Source: an uncultured Methanosarcinales archaeon
Lineage (GTDB): Archaea > Nanobdellota > Nanobdellia > Woesearchaeales > GW2011-AR9
Assembly: GCA_964527395.1 (NCBI GenBank)
Contig: CAZGQD010000003.1
Span: 29,124 to 93,123, forward strand
Length of the DNA: 64,000 nucleotides
Reading direction: 5' to 3'
Below, in pieces: positions 57,482-64,000 of this stretch. The position numbers and the translations under genes were made by a program. The notes below the pieces were generated by a model. The model was not told the DNA's origin. It was given only the letters and a program-made list of their open reading frames with translations, and ran no database searches. Every line of letters starts with the position of its first letter. The stretch's first letter is position 1.

Positions 57482-58198
57482 ATGTTAAGATTAATTGGAA
57501 ATGACCTGCCAGAATATGTTAGTTCTGAGGTTGGAAGATTCGTTGCAAAATATAAGGAGGAATTAGGTGAAGACTTTTTGTTTGATCCTAGAATCTGTTT
57601 AACTAGAGGTAATGATTATATTGTTGCTTTAGAATCATTTGGTAGAGTTGGAGCAAAGGTGAATGTTGGAGATGTTTCTGGGATAGAATTATCTGATTTG
57701 AGAAGTGGGCTTAGTCATGCAGTAGCTAATTTGCCTTTTTTGTTAAGGGGAGCTAGTGAGAGAGCTTATGCAATACAGCCTTTTGCGTATCAAAGAGATA
57801 AGAGTGGGTTTGATTTAAGTGAAGCTCCAGAAGGAGCTGATGATTTATTTTTGTATGTAAAATATAAAGGTTCACCTTTGGAAGGGAGAGTTGATGTTTG
57901 TTTTGGAGGAGAACAAGCAAGTGGAATTAATTTTTTGGAGTTGCGTGATACTGGAAGGATTTTAGGTGAAGCAGTAGGAGTATTATATCATGAACTTTGT
58001 GAAAGTTCAAATTCAGTTTTTAGTGAGGGGTCATTATTAAGTGAAGCTTGGAAAGAATGGAATAATGTACTTAGAAATATGCATCCATTGCTTATTGCAG
58101 CAGATAAATTTGGAGATAAGTATGATATGTCTTCTCAAGGGAATTGGATTAAGAGTAGAAGTTTTGAAAGAGTGCCTAAGATTACTCGAGTTTATTGA
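57482..58198 (+). CDS. hypothetical protein
   Basis: 238-aa ORF after a TTTATAAA box. Confidence 0.55.
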   Translation: MLRLIGNDLPEYVSSEVGRFVAKYKEELGEDFLFDPRICLTRGNDYIVALESFGRVGAKVNVGDVSGIELSDLRSGLSHAVANLPFLLRGASERAYAIQPFAYQRDKSGFDLSEAPEGADDLFLYVKYKGSPLEGRVDVCFGGEQASGINFLELRDTGRILGEAVGVLYHELCESSNSVFSEGSLLSEAWKEWNNVLRNMHPLLIAADKFGDKYDMSSQGNWIKSRSFERVPKITRVY

Positions 58199-58553
58199 TT
58201 CTTTAGTTTCTTGGAAAATGTTTATAAGGATGAAAACAATGCTTTTTTGTGATGAAGATGTTTAGAGGAATGAGAGAAAAGTTAGGACAAGCTACAGTTT
58301 GGCCAGTAGTGGTTTTAGGACTTGTAGTTTTGGTAATATTGGTTTATTTTTTTGGAATTAGATGAGATTGTTTTTAAAGTTTTTTTAGCATATTTTTTGT
58401 CACTTTTTTCTTAGTTTGTTTACTATTTTTAGGTTTTCTAGTTCATTTTGGCTTAGTGGTTTGAGTATTTTTTATGCACAAACTTATGGAAATAGAGTAT
58501 TATCTAACGTTTTTTAAAGAAAACTTTAAAAAAAGATATTTTTGTGCTATTTT

Positions 58554-59504
58554 ATGAGTTTAGATGATTTAGGATATCAGTTCCCTGGAGGAGTTTTTAA
58601 AGGAAATTTTGTTAGAAATGAAGCAGATGTAGCAAATTCTAGAGTGAGAACTGTTTTAAGAGGAGGAGATTTGTCTTATGAAGGTTTTAGAGAGTTTGTA
58701 TCTGAATATTCTGCTAGTGATATCTCTGATGATAAGCTTAGAGGTATTTTTGATGAAGATAGGCGTTTGATGGGTGAATTAGAGACGATAATCAAAGGTC
58801 GAGGTTATGATGGAGTTTCAGATCAGAATGTGAAAGAGATATATTTTGTAGATTCTTTAAAGGAAGATTTGGTGGTAAAGAAACTTTCAAGTTATGGTTT
58901 TGATAGTGTTGTTGAGGATGATGTTAGAGCTTATTTGAATAAGAGAGTTTTATTAGATGATAGGGTTGCTGCTTTGGTTTCTAATAATGGAATCCAGGGA
59001 ATAGAAGGTTCTAAGCTTGAAGGAGTTTTGAATGGAGGATTTTTGACTGGGAATGGGTTGGAGAACGCTATTTATAAAGACCAAGTTGAAAATGATAAAC
59101 ATGATTTTAGGGTGAAGTTTACTTTTTATGATGAACAGTCAGGTTTAGTTAGAGCAGAAGGATTAGATGATTTTGGGAGTTCTATACTTTGGGGCAGATA
59201 TGATGCTGGTACAGGAGAAGTATATTTAATTAAAGAATATAAGAAAGATATTGTTTGTGATAAAAAATTTGGACCTGGAGAAGTAGTAACTTTTACTTCA
59301 ATAATGTATGAGGGGAAGGTATCTGTTGTAGATGAGAAGATAGTTTTTGATTTAAAGTATCATCCAAACATTTCTGTTGTTCCAAGAGATGGGCCTTGTT
59401 CTGGAGTTTCTATTCTTAGTAGAGAATTGAATGATGATGAAAAGCCAACAGATTTTAATTCTGAAGAAGGAAGGACTGAAGCTGTTGATATAGTTGATTC
59501 TTAG
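58554..59504 (+). CDS. hypothetical protein
   Basis: Long ORF with no recognised motif. Confidence 0.55.
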   Translation: MSLDDLGYQFPGGVFKGNFVRNEADVANSRVRTVLRGGDLSYEGFREFVSEYSASDISDDKLRGIFDEDRRLMGELETIIKGRGYDGVSDQNVKEIYFVDSLKEDLVVKKLSSYGFDSVVEDDVRAYLNKRVLLDDRVAALVSNNGIQGIEGSKLEGVLNGGFLTGNGLENAIYKDQVENDKHDFRVKFTFYDEQSGLVRAEGLDDFGSSILWGRYDAGTGEVYLIKEYKKDIVCDKKFGPGEVVTFTSIMYEGKVSVVDEKIVFDLKYHPNISVVPRDGPCSGVSILSRELNDDEKPTDFNSEEGRTEAVDIVDS

Positions 59505-59584
59505 GTAGGATGAAGGTTTTGTTTAGATATTGAGTCTAGGCGCCAAGTTCCTTTGAAGTTAGTAAGTCCTGGAGGCATGGATTT

Positions 59585-59860
59585 GATGCTGGGTACTTAA
59601 GCTGGCCTTTATGGAAAAATCATTTTCCAGACGCTGAATTTTAGCAAATTCATCATTTTGCGATTTTATAATAAAAGTCCTATGGCGCTTGGCCAGACTT
59701 ACCGCAGGTCTAAACAACTACGCAATAATTTTTGTTCTATTTCATGAACAAAAATGCTTGTTGTTGGTGTAATTTCATAATGTAATTGCCAGTGAGGAGG
59801 CAAGCGCGCCAAAGACTTTTTACCAATTATTGCAAAAGGCCAGAACAAAGACCTAGCATC
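59585..59860 (+). mobile_element. MITE family B, copy 2 (276 bp), carrying motif F
   Basis: TIR GATGCT(G/A)GGT; 8-bp TSD ATGGATTT at 59577-59584 and 59861-59868. Confidence 0.9.
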
Positions 59861-59909
59861 ATGGATTTGAAAATGTTTATATACGGCTGGACTTTATTTC
59901 TTTGTGAGG

Positions 59910-60860
59910 ATGGCTGTTAAAATTATTGATTTCAAAGGTGTGAGTAAGGAGTATGGTTCTAATCTTATTTTGAATGATGTTAATTTGTCAGTTGAAGAAG
60001 GAGATATTTTTGGAATTATTGGGCCGTCAGGGTCGGGTAAATCTACACTATTGTCTGTTATGGTGGGTTTTTTAGATCCAGATGAAGGGCAAGTTGTGTT
60101 TTATTCTCCAGTTAGTGGAAAAGGTTTTGATTTACATTCTAATTTGAGTTTGCTGCGTAAAAAAATTGGGTTTACACCACAACATTTGTCGTTTTATCCC
60201 AAATTGACAGTTAAGGAGAATTTGCTTCATTTTGGAAGAATGTATCATATACCTGAGAAAGTATTGAAAGAGAATGCTAAGAGTTTGTTGAAGTTTACTG
60301 GGCTTTGGGAGTATCGGAACCATTTAGGGGAACAACTTAGTGGTGGGATGCAAAAAAGGCTTGATATCAGTTGTAGTTTAGTGCATAAACCGAAGATATT
60401 GGTTTTAGATGAGCCTACGGTGGATTTAGATCCTTTACTTCGTCGTGATTTGATGAGATTAATTAAAGAAGTTAATCGCCAGGGTGTTACAATTATTATG
60501 GCTTCGCATGACCATGAAAATGTTGAATTGTTATGTAACAAAGTTGCAATTGTACATAAGAAACACGTGTATGCGTATGGATCAGTTGATGAAATTAAGC
60601 GGAAGTTTGGACGTGATGGAGGACAAGTAAGGTTACATACAGGACAACACCATGAGAAAGTTTTGTCTGTGGTAGGAGGAGTGCCTCTTAGTGCTGCAGT
60701 GGATCATGGGACTCATTTGACGCTTAAAACAAATGATCTTTCGCGAACTTTGCAGGGACTTTTGAATATGAGTAAGCAGCATCATTTGCCTTTTACGCAT
60801 GTAGAACTGAAGTCGCCTACACTTCGCAGTGTCTTTGAAAATGTGATTAATGAAAAGTAG
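59910..60860 (+). CDS. ABC transporter ATP-binding protein (ABC-2 type)
   Basis: GPSGSGKST, LSGGM and LDEPT. Confidence 0.93.
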   Translation: MAVKIIDFKGVSKEYGSNLILNDVNLSVEEGDIFGIIGPSGSGKSTLLSVMVGFLDPDEGQVVFYSPVSGKGFDLHSNLSLLRKKIGFTPQHLSFYPKLTVKENLLHFGRMYHIPEKVLKENAKSLLKFTGLWEYRNHLGEQLSGGMQKRLDISCSLVHKPKILVLDEPTVDLDPLLRRDLMRLIKEVNRQGVTIIMASHDHENVELLCNKVAIVHKKHVYAYGSVDEIKRKFGRDGGQVRLHTGQHHEKVLSVVGGVPLSAAVDHGTHLTLKTNDLSRTLQGLLNMSKQHHLPFTHVELKSPTLRSVFENVINEK

Positions 60861-60946
60861 GGAAAAAGGAGTAGTAAATAGAGGAAATGGTGTAATTTAG
60901 TTTTATTAGTAGTTGTAGGAAAAGTATTTAGTTAAGGTTGGTTGTA

Positions 60947-62686
60947 ATGGATGCATTAAAAGAAAGGAAGAAGAAAATTAAGGAACAACATAGACGTAAT
61001 AGTTTTTTGGAATTGATGCTTTTAGTTCGTAAGAATGTTGTGCTACTTCTTAGGTCAAGAATGTCAGCTTTGATAGTAATACTTGCACCACTTCTTTTAA
61101 TGTTACTTGTTGGAATTAGTTATGACAGTTTTGTAGGGTATGGACTTACTATCGGAGTTTCTGCTGAATCTTTTGGAGGAGAAATTAAGGATTTTGAGCA
61201 AAGGATTGCAGATATGGATTATAATGTTGTTGAGTATGCTACGATTGATAAGTGTGTGAAGGATGCTAAACTTGATTTAGTGCATGCCTGTGTTGATTTG
61301 CCAGGAAATTTTGTAGTGGATGATAATAGTGCTAAATCTGTTACAATTTATGTTGATCAAAGTAGGGTTAATTTGGTTGGAACTGTACAAGGAATGCTTG
61401 AAGAACAGTTTAATTTGAAGTCAGCAGAAATATCTGAAGCTTTACTTGATGATTTACTATCTAATGTGTTTGATGTAAAAAGTGGGATATCTGATCAGCA
61501 TGTTACGCTTAGTTCTGTTTATGGGACATCTGAAAAGGTTAGTTCTAGTCTAAGTAGTTCTAGTTCTGAAATTAGTTCTGATGAGAATTCTAAGGTTTTG
61601 GGAGTTTTTGAAGAGTATGTTAGTTCAAAATTGTCTTCTTCGCAGACCTATGTGGCAGATGTGAAGACTGCAGTGAGTGCTGTTGAGAATATCAGTTCAG
61701 CTGAAAAAGATGAGATTGAGGCTTTACTAGTTTCACTTGAAGATCAAATAACGAATGCACAAGTACAAATTTCTAGTAATGAGAAGTATAGTTTTACAGC
61801 TATTGAGAAAATAGTTTCAGATTTAGAGAATTCACTAGTTTCTGTTCAAAGAGCTAATGATAATTTAGCTGATACTTTTGGTGAATTTGATGCTGCACTT
61901 AGTGCTCTTGAATCTTACTCTGCTAGTTTAGAAGGTTTGGAAGTAACTGAAGCTTCAACTTTACATACACCACTTGTGACAAATGTGGAGATGCTTAGTT
62001 CGTCTGATAGTAAGTTTAATTATTTGTTTCCAAGTATTCTTGTTTTAGTTGCAATGTTTTTGTCTGTGATGCTAGCTAATACGCTTGTTATGATGGAGAA
62101 AAAGAGTCCAGCTTATATTAGGAATGTACTTTTACCTATAAGTAAGGCTAAATTTGTACTTGCTAATTTTCTTAGTTGTGTAATTTTAGTTGCTGTGCAA
62201 ATGGCTATTTTGCTTGTGGTTTCGCTTTTGTTTATTCAAGATGTGAGTATTGTGAGTTTTCCAGTAATGTTTTTAGCAGTTTTATGTGGAATATGTGTGT
62301 TTACTTTGATTGGAATGTTAATTGGATCTGTATTTAGTTCAGAGCAAACAAGTGTACTTGCTGCAATATCAACTGGGTCTTTGTTTTTGTTTCTAAGTGG
62401 AGTAATTGTCCCAATAGAAGGGATGGCGCCTGAGCTTCGAGGTTTGATTGAGTATAACCCTTATGTGTTGCTTGAGGGAGTTATTCGATCTGAGTTTATA
62501 TTTGGGAATTCTATTATGAGTTATTTTGAACCACTTTCAGTGTTATTGCTTTATTCAGGAATATTATTTGTAGGGATATTGCTTTATGATATATTATTGC
62601 ATAAGAATTTGGTACACAAAGCACTTTATAGATACCACAAAAAGGCAAGGAAGAAGCAAGGGGCTCATGAAGAGAAGAAGCGTTAG
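60947..62686 (+). CDS. ABC-2 permease with a large extracellular coiled-coil domain
   Basis: One N-terminal TM, several C-terminal TMs, FLSGVIVP. Confidence 0.85.
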   Translation: MDALKERKKKIKEQHRRNSFLELMLLVRKNVVLLLRSRMSALIVILAPLLLMLLVGISYDSFVGYGLTIGVSAESFGGEIKDFEQRIADMDYNVVEYATIDKCVKDAKLDLVHACVDLPGNFVVDDNSAKSVTIYVDQSRVNLVGTVQGMLEEQFNLKSAEISEALLDDLLSNVFDVKSGISDQHVTLSSVYGTSEKVSSSLSSSSSEISSDENSKVLGVFEEYVSSKLSSSQTYVADVKTAVSAVENISSAEKDEIEALLVSLEDQITNAQVQISSNEKYSFTAIEKIVSDLENSLVSVQRANDNLADTFGEFDAALSALESYSASLEGLEVTEASTLHTPLVTNVEMLSSSDSKFNYLFPSILVLVAMFLSVMLANTLVMMEKKSPAYIRNVLLPISKAKFVLANFLSCVILVAVQMAILLVVSLLFIQDVSIVSFPVMFLAVLCGICVFTLIGMLIGSVFSSEQTSVLAAISTGSLFLFLSGVIVPIEGMAPELRGLIEYNPYVLLEGVIRSEFIFGNSIMSYFEPLSVLLLYSGILFVGILLYDILLHKNLVHKALYRYHKKARKKQGAHEEKKR

Positions 62687-62762
62687 AGGTTTTTAAATAA
62701 ATATATTCAATTTTGACTTTTTTAGGCAAAGCTTTTTTAATAAATAAGGATATTTTCTAATT

Positions 62763-62942
62763 ATGGCAATGACAATAGAGCACTTACATGAAGATATTCT
62801 TTCAATGAAGAAAGATTTGGCTTTTATTAAGCATGCACTTGAGGAAAATTTTGAACTTAGTGATGAAGCGAGAAAAGAACTGAAGGAAGCTATGGCTGTT
62901 CCAGATTCAGAATTGGTTAGTTTGAAGGATTTGGAGTTGTAA
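62763..62942 (+). CDS. putative RelB-type antitoxin (not in the ORF track)
   Basis: 59-aa acidic ORF ending VSLKDLEL directly upstream of RelE. Confidence 0.65.
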   Translation: MAMTIEHLHEDILSMKKDLAFIKHALEENFELSDEARKELKEAMAVPDSELVSLKDLEL

Positions 62943-62946
62943 TTTT

Positions 62947-63207
62947 ATGTCTTTTGATGTTAAATTAGTTCCTAAAGTTGCTAAGTTTCTAAAAAAGGCA
63001 GATAAAAATTTAAGAAAAAGAATAGGAATGAAGTTAAGGCTGCTTGAAAATGGGGATCCATTTAATTATCTTGAGCATTTTGAAGGAGGAAATTTATATA
63101 AATTACGTGTGGGTGATTTTCGTCTCTTAGTTCAAGTTGATTTTTCTAGGAAAGTTTTAATTGTGAGATATATAGGAGATAGGAAGAATATCTATAAAAA
63201 TATTTGA
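62947..63207 (+). CDS. relE: RelE/ParE-family toxin
   Basis: YKLRVGDFR and GDRKNIY. Confidence 0.88.
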   Translation: MSFDVKLVPKVAKFLKKADKNLRKRIGMKLRLLENGDPFNYLEHFEGGNLYKLRVGDFRLLVQVDFSRKVLIVRYIGDRKNIYKNI

Positions 63208-63209
63208 AT

Positions 63210-63698
63210 ATGGCAAAATTGATAGCTATTACAGGAACACCTTGTTCAGGAAAGAGTTGGCTAGCTAAGAAATTGTGTGAGAAGCTTGGTTTCAAAAGGA
63301 TCAAGATGCATGATTTTGAAGCAGAGTGTGGAGAATATAACAGTGAATTTGATTGTTATGATCTTGATATGGAACTTGTTGAGAAGAAGGTGGCTGAGAT
63401 AGTTAATTTTGGTGGAGTTGATGAAGTTTTTGTGCTTGATTCGCATGTAAGTCATTTGTTATCTTCTGATTTGGTTGATTTATGTGTAGTGGTATATTGC
63501 CGTGATTTGAAATTGCTTAAAAAACGTCTTTTGGCTCGTGGGTACTCAGAAGCTAAAGTGGTTGAGAATTTGGAGTGTGAAATTATGGAAGTTTGTTTAG
63601 ATGGTGCTTTGGAGAATGGGTTTGAAGTGTTTATGGTTGATGGGGCTTTGGAGTATAGTGAAGAGTTGCTTTTGGAGATTAAGGGGAAGGTAGAGTAG
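63210..63698 (+). CDS. adenylate kinase 6 / Fap7-like kinase
   Basis: TGTPCSGKS, LDSH and RLLARGYSEAKVVENLECE. Confidence 0.88.
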   Translation: MAKLIAITGTPCSGKSWLAKKLCEKLGFKRIKMHDFEAECGEYNSEFDCYDLDMELVEKKVAEIVNFGGVDEVFVLDSHVSHLLSSDLVDLCVVVYCRDLKLLKKRLLARGYSEAKVVENLECEIMEVCLDGALENGFEVFMVDGALEYSEELLLEIKGKVE

Positions 63699-64000
63699 GT
63701 TTTAGTTGTTTTTTTTCTGTGATTTGAGTTTATTTTTGTGTTTTTTAGCTAATTTCCGATGAAATTCAAATAATTTGCTGGTTATAAGTTAGGAATTATT
63801 GGATAATTTTCAATGTATATGTTAGGAATTACTGGTTTTTTAGTTTTGGATCAGAAGGAGTTGGTTGCGATTGAAGCTAAGTTGAATTTTAACAAGTCTG
63901 GTAAGAAGCATTTGAGGTATTTTGCTGACAAATATGAGTGTAAGACTTGTGTTGTGGGACTTTATGGAGAAAAAAGACAAGGGAAATATGTGTGGGAGTT

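Overview
AT-rich archaeal chromosomal segment, most likely a DPANN lineage such as Woesearchaeota (inferred from gene content and style). Core genes are dnaG, rio1, a KH/Dim2-like protein, top6B/top6A, trpS, NFACT/Rqc2, Sec61beta, NAC, minD, secD/secF, AK6, RNase P RNA and two tRNAs that each carry two introns. They are interleaved with accessory genes: a HerA-like ATPase with two inteins, a free-standing LAGLIDADG endonuclease, a phosphonate pair (Ppd plus reductase), several TA and Fic modules, and FHA-caspase and FHA/phosphothreonine-lyase-like proteins. The most striking content is non-coding. (1) A family of exactly 48-nt twin-hairpin micro-insertions with compensatory base changes sits in frame inside genes; one carries a stop codon, and both an empty and a filled site are visible. 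(2) A dispersed structured motif (CAGAC...GCAGG...ATTGCCAG) occurs in five copies, two of them inside a MITE. (3) Three TIR/TSD-bounded MITE families share internal modules and stack at one site. (4) Two cassettes are flanked by duplications of the upstream gene's 3' end. All calls come from reading motifs by eye; no database searches were run.
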